DNA from: an uncultured Rhodobacterales bacterium
GTDB taxonomy: Bacteria > Pseudomonadota > Alphaproteobacteria > Rhodobacterales > CAZPXZ01
Direction: 5' to 3'
Length of the DNA stretch: 61,021 nucleotides
Assembly (NCBI GenBank): GCA_964590405.1
Contig: CAZPXZ010000005.1
Coordinates: forward strand, 1 to 61,021
Each line of letters begins with the position of its first letter. Positions within the stretch are counted from its first letter, which is position 1. Shown here piece after piece: positions 9,265 through 19,329 of the stretch. The translations under genes were made by a program, and so were the position numbers. The notes under the pieces are model-generated. The model did not search any database. It was not told the DNA's origin and saw nothing but the letters and a program-made list of their open reading frames with translations.

Positions 9265-10827
9265 ATGAAGACCATGACCGCCAGCGAGACGCGGGATCGC
9301 CTGCGCAGTCCAGCGGAAATCGCAGTGATTGATGTCCGCGAATTTGGACAGTACGGCGAGGGACACCCGTTCTTTGCGGTCAACGTCCCCTACAGTCAAC
9401 TGGAACCGCTTGCTTCACGGCTCCTGCCCCGACATTCCGCCCCGATCGTGCTGTGCGACGGAGGAGACGGCATTGCCGAGCGCGCGGCAAGTCGTCTTCA
9501 CCAACTGGGATATGACCAGATTTTCCTCCTGGAGGGCGGCGTCCCGGCATGGGTGACCGAGGGTCACAGGCTCCATAGGGGCGTCAACCTGCCCTCGAAG
9601 ACGCTGGGCGAAATGGTGGAGAATACCCTCGGAACACCGCGCCTCCCGGTTGACGATTTCCTGGACATGCGGAGGGCTGGAAGGCCGATCCTGCTTCTCG
9701 ATGGCCGCACCGAGGCCGAACACCGGCGGTTCACCATTCCTGGTTCCCTGAGTTGTCCGAATGCCGAATTGGGTCTGCGTCTTCCGGACACATTGGACCC
9801 GGATACCATGATCGTCATGCACTGTGCCGGAAGAACGCGCAGCATCATCGGTGCGGAGACCCTCCGGGCGCTGGGTACACCGTACCCTGTTGCAGCCCTG
9901 GAAAACGGCACGCAGGGCTGGCAACTCGCAGGGTATGAACGGGAATGCGGTGCCAACCGGGTTCTGGCCGACCGCATGACGCCGAACATGCGCTCCCGTG
10001 CACTTCGACGCGCCGCATCATTCTGCCGTGATCACCGGATATCGAGGGTCGACACCGCAACACTTTCAGCCTGGCGCCGGGATGCCATGCGCACCCTCTA
10101 CCTGTTCGATGTCAGGACGGCCGAAGAATACAGGGGAGCCACAGTTCCGGGAGCTGTCCATGCACCCGGTGGACAGTTGATACAGGCCACTGACCATTGG
10201 CTGGCCGTGCGCGGCGCCCGCGTCGTGGTCTGGGACGACAGCGAGATCCGCGCCGCATCGACCGCCTACTGGCTGCGTGCGATGGGGTGGGATACGGCCA
10301 TGCTGGTCGGACCGGTTGAGGCTGCTGCGCCTGACCGCAAGGAGCCGAACCGTACCGCTGTGATCGAAGTGGAAGGACTCTTCCGCGCCGTCGAACATGG
10401 CATGCGACTGGTGGACGTCCGGTCAAGTTCCGAATTTCGGCTGGCGCATGTCCGGGGAGCCACCTGGTCCATCCGGCCATCGCTCGGAACGCTTTCCGGC
10501 GTCGTCGATGGACGGTTCGTGGTCATCGGCAACAGTATTGAAGTCGCGAGGCTGGCTGCGTGCGAACTTCTGGGTCATGGCGCCGCGGAAGCACGGATCC
10601 ATGTCGGAAGTCCCGGGCTGTGGCGGCAGAACGGACTGCCCTTAGCCTCCTCACCGGACGACCCGCCTGACGCCGCGAGGATCGACCATCTCTTCTTCAC
10701 CGCCGAACGGCATTCGGGCAATCTCGATCATGCCCGTCAATATCTTGCCTGGGAGCAGCAACTTCCTGCGCGGCTTCACGCATATGAGCGGGCGGCCTAT
10801 CGCCTCGAAACTCTCCGCTCCCCTTAG
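9265..10827 (+). CDS. multi-domain rhodanese-like sulfurtransferase
   Basis: 520 aa with about four rhodanese-like repeats (..IDVRE..EY..GHP.., [54 protein letters not shown]). Only the second repeat carries an active-site-like loop, HCAGRTRS. Confidence 0.8.
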   Translation: MKTMTASETRDRLRSPAEIAVIDVREFGQYGEGHPFFAVNVPYSQLEPLASRLLPRHSAPIVLCDGGDGIAERAASRLHQLGYDQIFLLEGGVPAWVTEGHRLHRGVNLPSKTLGEMVENTLGTPRLPVDDFLDMRRAGRPILLLDGRTEAEHRRFTIPGSLSCPNAELGLRLPDTLDPDTMIVMHCAGRTRSIIGAETLRALGTPYPVAALENGTQGWQLAGYERECGANRVLADRMTPNMRSRALRRAASFCRDHRISRVDTATLSAWRRDAMRTLYLFDVRTAEEYRGATVPGAVHAPGGQLIQATDHWLAVRGARVVVWDDSEIRAASTAYWLRAMGWDTAMLVGPVEAAAPDRKEPNRTAVIEVEGLFRAVEHGMRLVDVRSSSEFRLAHVRGATWSIRPSLGTLSGVVDGRFVVIGNSIEVARLAACELLGHGAAEARIHVGSPGLWRQNGLPLASSPDDPPDAARIDHLFFTAERHSGNLDHARQYLAWEQQLPARLHAYERAAYRLETLRSP

Positions 10828-10955
10828 TCGATACGCCGATGCGCAGGGTCTTGTGGCCGGCGGTACGCCGACCGTTCGCTCACGCTGCTAGAATGCGCGC
10901 GGCCTGGCCGGAACGTCCGGTCGGGATCCCCGAGGCTTCCGAGGAGAACGGATGC

Positions 10956-11735
10956 ATGTCCTACGAAACGATCCTGACCGAACAGCGCGACGGCGGCGTC
11001 GGACTTGTTACGCTGAACCGGCCACAAGCGTTGAACGCGCTTTCCGGAGAACTGGTCGACGAACTCGGCGACGCGCTGCGCTTGTTCGACGAGAGTGACT
11101 CGGTCGGTGCCATCGTCATCACCGGGAGCGAGAAGGCGTTTGCCGCCGGAGCTGACATCAAGGAAATGAAGGACCAGACCTTCGCCGATGTCTACGGTGG
11201 TGAATTCATCACCCGGAACTGGGACCCAATCGCCCGGGTCCGCAAGCCAACGATCGCTGCCGTTGCCGGATATGCCCTCGGCGGGGGGTGTGAACTCGCC
11301 ATGATGTGCGACATCGTGATTGCCGCGGAGAACGCGAAATTCGGCCAACCGGAAATCAATCTCGGGGTCATCCCCGGTTCCGGTGGAACGCAACGACTTG
11401 CGCGTGCCGCAGGCAAGTCCAAGACCATGGACATGTGCCTGACCGGTCGCATGATGGATGCTGCGGAAGCCGAGCGGTCCGGCCTTGTCAGCCGGGTCTA
11501 TCCCGTCGAAACCCTTGTCGAGGAAGCTGTGGGTATTGCCCGAACCATTGCCGGTCAAGGCCGACTCGCCGTTTACGCGGCCAAGGAGGCTGTCGATGCA
11601 TCCTTCGAGACCGGGCTTGCGGAAGGCGTTCGGCTGGAACGCCGCCTGTTTCACGCGCTGTTCGCGACCGAGGACCAGAAGGAAGGCATGGCCGCGTTTG
11701 CGGAGAAACGCAAGGCAAATTTTCGTAACCGTTGA
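10956..11735 (+). CDS. enoyl-CoA hydratase (short-chain crotonase)
   Basis: GAGGAGAA RBS and ATG at 10956 ([29 protein letters not shown]). [14 protein letters not shown] and [16 protein letters not shown] are present. 259 aa. Confidence 0.9.
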   Translation: MSYETILTEQRDGGVGLVTLNRPQALNALSGELVDELGDALRLFDESDSVGAIVITGSEKAFAAGADIKEMKDQTFADVYGGEFITRNWDPIARVRKPTIAAVAGYALGGGCELAMMCDIVIAAENAKFGQPEINLGVIPGSGGTQRLARAAGKSKTMDMCLTGRMMDAAEAERSGLVSRVYPVETLVEEAVGIARTIAGQGRLAVYAAKEAVDASFETGLAEGVRLERRLFHALFATEDQKEGMAAFAEKRKANFRNR

Positions 11736-11756
11736 TCCCGTCCGGTCCGTTCAAGC

Positions 11757-13199
11757 GTGCCTCTCTCGGAGCCTTCGCCAGCGCTACTGGCTGCACTGCG
11801 CGCCGTTCTCGGCGAGAACGGGTGGGCCGCGCCTGACAGGGAATCACGTTATCTAGTCGAACCGCGAGGTTGGCTTCAAGGCCGTGCCGCCATCATCCTG
11901 AAGCCCTCCTCGACGACCGAAATTGCCGAAGTCGTATCCCTGTGCCATCAGGAGCAGGTAGGCATCGTGCCGTATGGTGGTGGGACCGGGCTCGTCGGCG
12001 GTCAGATCGCCCTTGATGCGCAGAATCCCGTGATCCTCAGCCTGGAGCGGATGCGCCAGATCCGCAAATTCACACCCGAGGATGACGCCATCATCGCGGA
12101 AGCTGGCTGCACTCTCGCCGACATCCGCGCGGCGGCTGCAAGGTCAGGACGTGCGTTCCCTCTGCGCATCGCATCGGAAGGCACGTGCCAAATCGGTGGG
12201 GTCCTCGCCACCAATGCCGGCGGCATGCAGGTCCTTCGCTACGGGAATGCACGTGAACTCTGTCTCGGTGTCGAGGCGGTCTTTGCGGATGGTAGCGTCT
12301 GGAATGGTTTGCGCACCCTTCGCAAGGAAAGCTCGGGCTATGATCTCCGCCATCTGCTGGTCGGGTCCGAAGGCACCCTTGGAATTATCACGGCAGCTGC
12401 GCTTCGCCTCTTCCCGGTTGCTGCCGAGGAGGCGACGGCCCTGGTAGCCGTACCCGATCCTGAAGCAGCTACGGAACTGGCGCTCGACCTTCGCCTCTTC
12501 CTCGCGGAAATTCTGAGCTCTGTCGAGATCATGCAACAATCCGGAATCGAATTCATCCGTGAAAACTATCCCGCGGTTTCCTTGCCGCTGCCGGGAAACC
12601 ATCCCTGGTACGTGATGATCGAGGTGGAGGGTGGAGCCGGAAGCGAAGCCGGAAGCCGGCTCGAGGCCGTGCTTGGGAGGGCGCTGGAACAGGAACGGAT
12701 TCTCGACGCCGTCATCCCACAAAGCAGCGTGCAACGTGATGCCATTCGCACGATTCGGGAAACCATTCCCATTGCGAACCGGAGTGTCCGTGCCGTCGCA
12801 ACCCATGACATTGCCGTTTCGCTGGAACGTGTTCCCGAATTCGTCCACGAGTTTCACCGCATCGTTCATTCGCTGGATTCCCGGTTCCGCACCAATGTCT
12901 TCGGCCATCTTGGCGACGGCAACCTGCACGCAAACATCTTTCCGCCAAAGGGGCGGCCAGCCAGCGACTTCCTGGAGCGGAAACTCGAAATCAATCGCGC
13001 CGTGTTCGATGCGGTCCGACGCCTTGACGGGGCCGTGAGCGCCGAACACGGCGTCGGGCGAATTCTCAAGGAAGCAACTATCGGGCACCTGCAGGCGACC
13101 GAGCAGCGTGCCATGCGCGCGATCAAGGGAGCTCTGGACCCTCTCGGAATCCTGAACCCCGGCGCGGTCGTCGATGGTCCGGACAACGGTGCAGCATGA
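11757..13199 (+). CDS. FAD-binding oxidoreductase (GlcD / D-2-hydroxyacid dehydrogenase family)
   Basis: 480 aa with a GTG start. PYGGGTGLVGG FAD-binding motif and a C-terminal ..EHGVGR.. motif. Confidence 0.85.
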   Translation: MPLSEPSPALLAALRAVLGENGWAAPDRESRYLVEPRGWLQGRAAIILKPSSTTEIAEVVSLCHQEQVGIVPYGGGTGLVGGQIALDAQNPVILSLERMRQIRKFTPEDDAIIAEAGCTLADIRAAAARSGRAFPLRIASEGTCQIGGVLATNAGGMQVLRYGNARELCLGVEAVFADGSVWNGLRTLRKESSGYDLRHLLVGSEGTLGIITAAALRLFPVAAEEATALVAVPDPEAATELALDLRLFLAEILSSVEIMQQSGIEFIRENYPAVSLPLPGNHPWYVMIEVEGGAGSEAGSRLEAVLGRALEQERILDAVIPQSSVQRDAIRTIRETIPIANRSVRAVATHDIAVSLERVPEFVHEFHRIVHSLDSRFRTNVFGHLGDGNLHANIFPPKGRPASDFLERKLEINRAVFDAVRRLDGAVSAEHGVGRILKEATIGHLQATEQRAMRAIKGALDPLGILNPGAVVDGPDNGAA

Positions 13200-14233
13200 G
13201 TGAATGCACCGACCGAAGCCGCTTCTTCGAAGATCTCCTGCCGGGAGAATCATTCTCCTTCGGCCCGTACGAAATGACGGAAGAACGAATTATCGCCTTC
13301 GCACGCGCCTTCGATCCACAGCCGATGCATCTCGACCCGGTCGCCGGACATGCGTCGCCACTCGGCGGACTCGCGGCAAGCGGCTGGCACACCGCGTCCG
13401 TCCTGATGCGGCTTGTCTACGACAGCTGGCTCTGCAAATGCAGGAGTCTCGGCAGTCCCGGAATCGAAGGCACGGCTTGGCCCCGGGCCTTGATGGCCGG
13501 GGAATCGATCGAGGGAGAAGGCCGGCTGCTCGCAAAGCGGGTGTCGAGATCAAGACCGGATACGGGGCTCGTGCAAGTCGGGATTGCCATGCAGGACACA
13601 AGACACGGAACGGAGGTCCTGCGCGCAACCTGGTGGCTCATGCTGGAGCGCCGGTCGACAGAAGTCCCGGCGGTGTCCGAGATACCGGAGCGACGGCCTC
13701 CCGTTGATCGTTCGGACCCGCCACGGCGAAGTACGGCAGTAGCGCCAAGCTTGCAGATGCTGCATCTCGGGAGCGTCGAACCAGGGAAGCCCATTTATCT
13801 CGGGGAAACCTCGGCTAGCGAAAACGAAATGATCTCCTTCGCCCGTGCCTTCGATCCGCAGCCCTTCCACCTGGATCGGAAAGCCGGTGAAACCGGTATC
13901 TTGGGCGGACTTGCATCAAGCGGATGGCATACCTGCGCACTCTGGATGCGAACCAACGTACGGGCACGACAAGCGCTGCTTGCCGAATTGCCGGAAACGA
14001 AGCGCCAGCAACTGGAACACAGTGCAGCCATCGGACTCGGCTTCGAAGACCTCTCCTGGAACCGGCCCGTTCGTCCCGACAACCTGCTTCACGCGTTCAT
14101 CACGCCCCTAGACTCGAGAGAAAGCCGGTCGCGGCCAGACTGGGGAATTGCTCGCTGGCGAGCAGAAATGACCGATGACGACGAAAACCGGGTCCTTTGC
14201 TTCTACCCTTCGCTCCTGATGCGGAAACCCTGA
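13196..14233 (+). CDS. double MaoC-like (hot-dog fold) dehydratase
   Basis: 345 aa. Two internal repeats (FARAFDPQPMHLD..GGLAASGWHT and FARAFDPQPFHLD..GGLASSGWHT). The start overlaps the previous stop (ATGA). Confidence 0.8.
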   Translation: MSECTDRSRFFEDLLPGESFSFGPYEMTEERIIAFARAFDPQPMHLDPVAGHASPLGGLAASGWHTASVLMRLVYDSWLCKCRSLGSPGIEGTAWPRALMAGESIEGEGRLLAKRVSRSRPDTGLVQVGIAMQDTRHGTEVLRATWWLMLERRSTEVPAVSEIPERRPPVDRSDPPRRSTAVAPSLQMLHLGSVEPGKPIYLGETSASENEMISFARAFDPQPFHLDRKAGETGILGGLASSGWHTCALWMRTNVRARQALLAELPETKRQQLEHSAAIGLGFEDLSWNRPVRPDNLLHAFITPLDSRESRSRPDWGIARWRAEMTDDDENRVLCFYPSLLMRKP

Positions 14234-14294
14234 ACCCGAAATCGATCCAATCCGTCCGGAACGCCGGAAAGATCAGACACCATTGCAATGGAAA

Positions 14295-14584
14295 TGGTGG
14301 GCCCGGAAGGATTTGAACCTTCGACCTGCCGATTACGTCCCACTTCGGCTTGCGCCGCCCCCGCATGCGCGGAGTTCGTGGGCTGGACTATCCCTTCGCC
14401 GTATCCCGCAACGCGGAACGTAGGCGGGCGCCGTCTAGTCTCTACACCTTCCCCCTGTAGGGGCTTGGCTCGGGATTGCCCCGCCTGGACTGGGTTTCCC
14501 CGAATTTGACGCCTGTCCACCCGACGGTTTCCCGTCGGGGCTCCCATCTGAAAGTCGGTTGCTCTACCCCTGAGCTACGGGCCC
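14295..14584 (-). tRNA. tRNA-Lys(UUU), interrupted by an intron within the anticodon
   Basis: Exon 1 is 14551-14584 (GGGCCCGTAGCTCAGGGGTAGAGCAACCGACTTT). Exon 2 is 14295-14335 (TAATCGGCAGGTCGAAGGTTCAAATCCTTCCGGGCCCACCA). The joined exons form a 75-nt cloverleaf: acceptor GGGCCCG/CGGGCCC, D stem GCTC/GAGC, T stem GAAGG/CCTTC, anticodon stem ACCGA/TCGGC (one A.C mismatch) and loop CUUUUAA. CCA is encoded. Confidence 0.85.
14336..14550 (-). ncRNA. group I intron (IC3-like, Azoarcus tRNA-Ile intron type)
   Basis: 215 nt. The core blocks GUCAAAUUCGGGGAAACC and GAGCCAAGC...GAAGGUGUAGAGACUAGACGGCGCCCGCCUA are near-identical to my memory of the Azoarcus intron. Exon 1 ends in U, which can wobble-pair with the internal guide GGAG (intron nt 7-10). 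The intron ends in G. There is a P2-like hairpin CCCGACGG-GAAA-CCGUCGGG, a P7-like pairing GACUA/UAGUC, and a GCAA tetraloop in the 3' extension. Confidence 0.85.
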
Positions 14585-14922
14585 GGGCCCCGGATTCCAG
14601 ACGATCCGGGAGCGGCGGAAGCCTAGCCGAGTGCGTGCCCTGCGGCAAGCCCGGCACGCGGTGCGGTGACCGGAACGGAACGACCGGCCATACCCCAATC
14701 TGGAATTGCCGACCCTTTGCCTGTGAAGACTCCCGGGAAACAGGCCACCCAAGTCTCTCAGGATCCGTCTTCCGGGCGACTGACGGCGGAACGCCGCAAA
14801 CATGCCCCAATTGATGGGAGTCGTACTGCTATAGTCTCGGGTACGCGGCGCAACCACACGGAATCTTGCATTCCTGCATGTGCAGATTGCGCCAATTGCA
14901 TACCAGCCTCAGGAGAGTCGCC

Positions 14923-16308
14923 GTGCTCAAGAGCAGCGCTGCCCGCTCAGCCATCGACCATGCGGTGTCCCTGGGCGCAGATTTCGTGGACATCTTCGTG
15001 GAGCGTAATCAGGTCAGCACCATCTCCACGCTTACGAGCGCGGTACAGGATATCGGTTCGGGTATTGAATTCGGTATCGGCATTCGCCTCGTCTACGGCG
15101 GCAGGGTGCTCTACGGGTTTACCAACCGGACCGAGGTAGAGGAACTTCAGCGAATCGTGTCCGATCTCGCTGCGAAGGATCGTCGTGATCCCGCGTCGAC
15201 CGCTCAGGCTTTCGACTACCGAGAAGTGACGGATTTGCATGCTGCGTATCGGTCTCTCTCATGTAATCCCGAGACGGAGAGCAAGGTGGCGTGGCTGCTC
15301 GCGGCCGACCGCACCGCCCGCGATTCGAGCAATCGCGTCTCGCAGGTGCGAGGTTCCTGCGGCCAGCGCGAACAGGCGGTCGAAATCTTCAACAGCGAAG
15401 GTCTGCATGTCCGGGACACACGTCACTACACCCGACTGAGCGTTGTTTCCATAGCGACCGACGGAACCCAGCAAGCCACCGGAACCGCAACCGAGGGAGC
15501 CCTCCAGGGATGGGAACTCTCGGAGACGGTCGCGGCAGAGGAATTGGGTGCGGAGGCAACACGCCAGGCACTCGTCAATCTTGAGGCGAAACCCTGCCCA
15601 TCCGGCCGGATGCCGGTAGTGATCGGCAACGGCTTCGGTGGCGTGATCTTCCACGAGGCGTGCGGCCACTCGCTGGAAACGACTTCGGTCGCCAAGAAGG
15701 CATCGGAATTTCACGACCGGATGGGCGACATGATTGCCAATCCCGTGGTGAACGCGGTCGATGACGGCACCCTGGTCCGCGAATGGGGTTCGATCAACAT
15801 CGATGACGAGGGAATGGCCACTGAACGTACCCAGCTCATCCGAGAGGGCAAACTGGTCAATTTCCTCGCGGACCGGATCGGTTTCGAGCAGACCGGTTAT
15901 CCCCGTACCGGGTCGGGGCGACGGCAAGGCTATGCGTTCGCCCCCGCTTCGCGCATGCGCAATACATTCATCGAGCCCGGCGAGCACAGTTTCGACGACA
16001 TGATCGCGTCAGTCCCGCGTGGAATCTACGCGGCCCGCATGGGCGGAGGTTCGGTACAACCGGGAACCGGCGAGTTCAACTTTGCAGTAACCGAAGGCTA
16101 TTACGTCGAGGGCGGCAGGATCCGACATCCTGTCCAGGCAGCCACCCTTATCGGCAAGGGCTGCGAGGTACTCGAACAGATCTCCATGGTCGGCCAGGAC
16201 ATAACTCTCGCAACCGGAATGTGCGGCTCAGTCTCGGGTTCGGTGCCCGTTACGGTCGGACAACCGACCATCAAGGTCGAAAACATCCTGGTTGGCGGAA
16301 ACGACTGA
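14923..16308 (+). CDS. tldD: metalloprotease TldD
   Basis: ORF 14866..16308. AGGAGA lies 6 nt before the GTG at 14923. HEACGHSLE metal-binding motif. About 461 aa. Confidence 0.85.
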   Translation: MLKSSAARSAIDHAVSLGADFVDIFVERNQVSTISTLTSAVQDIGSGIEFGIGIRLVYGGRVLYGFTNRTEVEELQRIVSDLAAKDRRDPASTAQAFDYREVTDLHAAYRSLSCNPETESKVAWLLAADRTARDSSNRVSQVRGSCGQREQAVEIFNSEGLHVRDTRHYTRLSVVSIATDGTQQATGTATEGALQGWELSETVAAEELGAEATRQALVNLEAKPCPSGRMPVVIGNGFGGVIFHEACGHSLETTSVAKKASEFHDRMGDMIANPVVNAVDDGTLVREWGSINIDDEGMATERTQLIREGKLVNFLADRIGFEQTGYPRTGSGRRQGYAFAPASRMRNTFIEPGEHSFDDMIASVPRGIYAARMGGGSVQPGTGEFNFAVTEGYYVEGGRIRHPVQAATLIGKGCEVLEQISMVGQDITLATGMCGSVSGSVPVTVGQPTIKVENILVGGND

Positions 16309-17648
16309 TGCCGATCCGTGATGACATTCGGTCGCGGGCCGAACGAGTGCTCGAACTGGTAACCAGCGAAAAGGCAAGTGGCGACCTGATGGTGATGGAC
16401 GACACTTCGCTCTCGCTCAAGGCCCGGGACGGCGAACTCGAAGAGCACGCGGTCAGCAGCAGGCGTATCTTCGGCGTACGGGTCATCAAGGACGCACGAA
16501 CGGGAATCGCCTACAGCGAAGCGTCGGACAGCGATGCGCTCCACTCGATGGTTGCCCAAGCGCTGGACAACACCAGATTTGCTGGGGCAGATCCGCACGA
16601 GCAGATCCCCGACCATGCAGGAACCCTCGAAACCGAGGATGCCATTCTCTGCCCGACCGATGATACGACACTCGAAGGAAAAGTAGATCGGGTGCTTGCC
16701 ATGGAACGCAAGCTCCTGGCCTGCGAAAAGGTAAGGAACGTTCCATACAATGGCGTTCTGGATCAAACGCGGGAGCAACACCTGTTTTCGACAGCGGGGC
16801 TCTGCGCGTACAGCAAGGGCCGTGTCTGCTCCGCTTGGAGTTATGCGCTTACCGAGGATGGCGATCACAACATCCTCGCGGGGGTCGGCCGCTCCGCGCG
16901 CCGGTTCGGCGATCTCGACACCGACGAAATTGCCGACGAAACCCACGCGCGGTGCCTCGCCCTCCTGGACGGAGTGTCCGTGCCAAGCGGGCATTACGAT
17001 GTGCTGTTCGACACCGAGCGTCAGGGCAACCTCTTCGGAGTCTTCAGGATGATGTTCTCCGGAAAGGCCGCGCAGGACGGAATCAACCCGATGCGCGACA
17101 AGATCGGAGATCCGGTCTCGGACGGGGCGCTCAACGTATGCGACGCACCGCATCGAACCGAAGGGCTCGGCTACGCCTTGTTCGACGACGAAGGGACCGC
17201 AACTGCCCCCACCCGCTTCATCGATGACGGATGCCTTGCGACCCTCGCTCACAACAGTGCGACTGCATCCCACTTTGGCCTTCGCTCAACCGGCCACGCA
17301 GTTCGCTCACCGCGGTCACCGCTCAACGTCCGACACCACCAGCTGGAGATCGAGGCCGGGCAGGAGACAGAAGCGGCACTCACGAGCGGCAAGTATCTCG
17401 AGATCGTCGACCTTGCGGGACTGCATTCCGGAGCAAATCCCGTTTCGGGCGACTTCAGCTTCGGGGCGGCGGGCTTCCTGTGCCAAAACGGCGAACGCCT
17501 GCATGCGGTACGAAACATCACGGTCGCTGGCAATTTCTACGAACTCCTGATGCGTATTGCCGGCGTGGGCGACATCCAACATTGGAACGCGATGCGTTCA
17601 GCGCTCATGGCGCGTATCCGGTTCGCGGACGTCGCCGTATCGGGATAG
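16308..17648 (+). CDS. pmbA: TldD/PmbA family protease partner (PmbA/TldE)
   Basis: The ATG at 16308 overlaps the tldD stop (TGATG). MPIRDDIRSRAERVLELV... About 446 aa. It shows PmbA_TldD family architecture but lacks the HExxxH-type motif. Confidence 0.8.
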   Translation: MPIRDDIRSRAERVLELVTSEKASGDLMVMDDTSLSLKARDGELEEHAVSSRRIFGVRVIKDARTGIAYSEASDSDALHSMVAQALDNTRFAGADPHEQIPDHAGTLETEDAILCPTDDTTLEGKVDRVLAMERKLLACEKVRNVPYNGVLDQTREQHLFSTAGLCAYSKGRVCSAWSYALTEDGDHNILAGVGRSARRFGDLDTDEIADETHARCLALLDGVSVPSGHYDVLFDTERQGNLFGVFRMMFSGKAAQDGINPMRDKIGDPVSDGALNVCDAPHRTEGLGYALFDDEGTATAPTRFIDDGCLATLAHNSATASHFGLRSTGHAVRSPRSPLNVRHHQLEIEAGQETEAALTSGKYLEIVDLAGLHSGANPVSGDFSFGAAGFLCQNGERLHAVRNITVAGNFYELLMRIAGVGDIQHWNAMRSALMARIRFADVAVSG

Positions 17649-18103
17649 CACCGAGTCTTGAACGCCGGCAACGAATTCGCACAGGACGAATGCGAGCGCA
17701 TGTCGAGGCAAGATGCGGCGAGAGATCGAACAGCCGTGCCCGCACCTGCACTCGGTGCTGAACATTCCCTTGTTCCGGCGTTGGATGACGGGAGACATCA
17801 TCACGCGTTCAATCGTGTGTTCGCTCGGTGTCGTCGAGCAAGATCCTGGCGTAAAGACTGTCGAAATGGAAACGGAGTGAGCAGGCAACCGGCTGTAATC
17901 GCGAACCTTCTGTTGCGTTCCACATGATCTCGGATCCACGCGACGGGTCGGCATGGTTCACGGTTTGCCTCCGAGCCATAGCGATTCCATTTCGATGGTT
18001 GCCACACCAGCAGGCGGAGCTGACGGACGACATCGTTCCGCGGTCGCTGTTCAGTCACCATGAATTTGCCCCACGGCTGGCCGCGATGCCAAACCGCAAG
18101 AAT

Positions 18104-18560
18104 TCATGTGACACTCCAGCATTCAGAAAAATCGGATTCTGAGGTTCGCCCCTCGACACAAGGGATCGATGTCGCTTGGTCGCCACCTCCAGCGTCCACC
18201 AGGCAAGGATTGTTGGTCCGACGTCCGAGAAAGACGACAATTTCGTCGGGAATGATCCCGTAGGCGGCGAATGCGCTGGTGACCTTTCGATAAATGCGTC
18301 GGGCGTTTACGGTTTCGAGTCCTTTGCCGGGGAGCCTGGCACGGCGCATCCGGCCGGGATCATGCGGCTGCCGGGCATGTCGGCCTGCGCCGGAGTGCCA
18401 TCCAGAGCGCACTGGGCGAGGTCGGACGCGAACTGGAATCCGGTCGCCTCCGCCACGCCGGCATGCACGGCAGGCAAGCAACCGTGCGGCCAGCTTCGAC
18501 AGCACATGGCAGACGGCATTCAACCTGCCGGCCCGGTCATCCCCGGGTTGCCCCCACTGG
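18104..18560 (-). pseudogene. possible tautomerase-family (PF14552-like) gene with frameshifts
   Basis: Fragments lie in at least two minus-strand frames: ..AVHAGVAEATGFQFASDLAQ.. and ..GKGLETVNARRIYRKVTSAFAAYGIIPDEIVVFL... These fit the pattern G[RK]..E.....Y.........G..P.D..V.L. The call is weak. Confidence 0.3.
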
Positions 18561-18589
18561 AGATTGCAGTGGCAGAATGACCGACAAGC

Positions 18590-19266
18590 TCAGCTATGGG
18601 GAAGACTCTGCCGGATATCCGGGATTCCGGTCCGGAAGATCGCATCGGCCTGACAACTCCAAGGGGCCTGGAAAATGTACCCGTTCCAGTGGTTGGGCTC
18701 CGGACCGTACTTCATCAGATGACCGTATGGATCGTCCGTCCTTGGCAATTTCTTCGCCCTTATTCGCGAGGGTTCGCGCTCCAGACAGTCGATGAAGGCG
18801 CGTTCGGTATAGTCTCCGATGACGTTGGGCGCGTTGTACACGATGTGCTGTCGGCAGGATGGAATGCAACTGCCTATGTTTCCCGGCTTCTGCCGAACCG
18901 CACGTCGAACAGCTCCCACATCCAGAAGTCGCTCGGGGTCAACGGGCTCATCGGCGGCCCGCTCGGAACGTACTCGTCCTCGGTGTCGCCGACGATCCTG
19001 ACCCAGGACTTCGCTTCTCTCAGCCCCGAAATGGATTCGGCCATGAGGGATGCGACGTTCTGCGTTACCAGGTACCGGGCCGTGCAACGGTCGTGGACCG
19101 CGAGCCTCTTGTCCAGAGCCAGACCGTCGACACTGAAGTCGGCTTGGAGAGCCGTCTTTCTGCCTTCGCGCCAGCGGGCCAAATCGACGGCCTTCGACCC
19201 CCAGGACCAGAGCATAGTCTTCGCGATCTTGCCTGCTACGGAACCCATGGAATGCCCTCTTTCCAT
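18590..19266 (-). pseudogene. unknown-function gene (~225 aa) broken by one frameshift near 18880
   Basis: Frame A reads MERGHSMGSVAGKIAKTMLWSWGSKAVDLARW...SDFWMWELFDVRFG. Frame B continues GNIGSCIPSCRQHIVYNAPNVIGDYTERAFIDCLEREP...YGPEPNHWNGYIFQAPW. Both are protein-like. I recognise no family. Confidence 0.4.
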
Positions 19267-19329
19267 TTCACTCGCGGAGGTTGGCCGTCCACAACCCCAC
19301 GCCGTGCTCCTCCGGTTCATTCGCCGACC

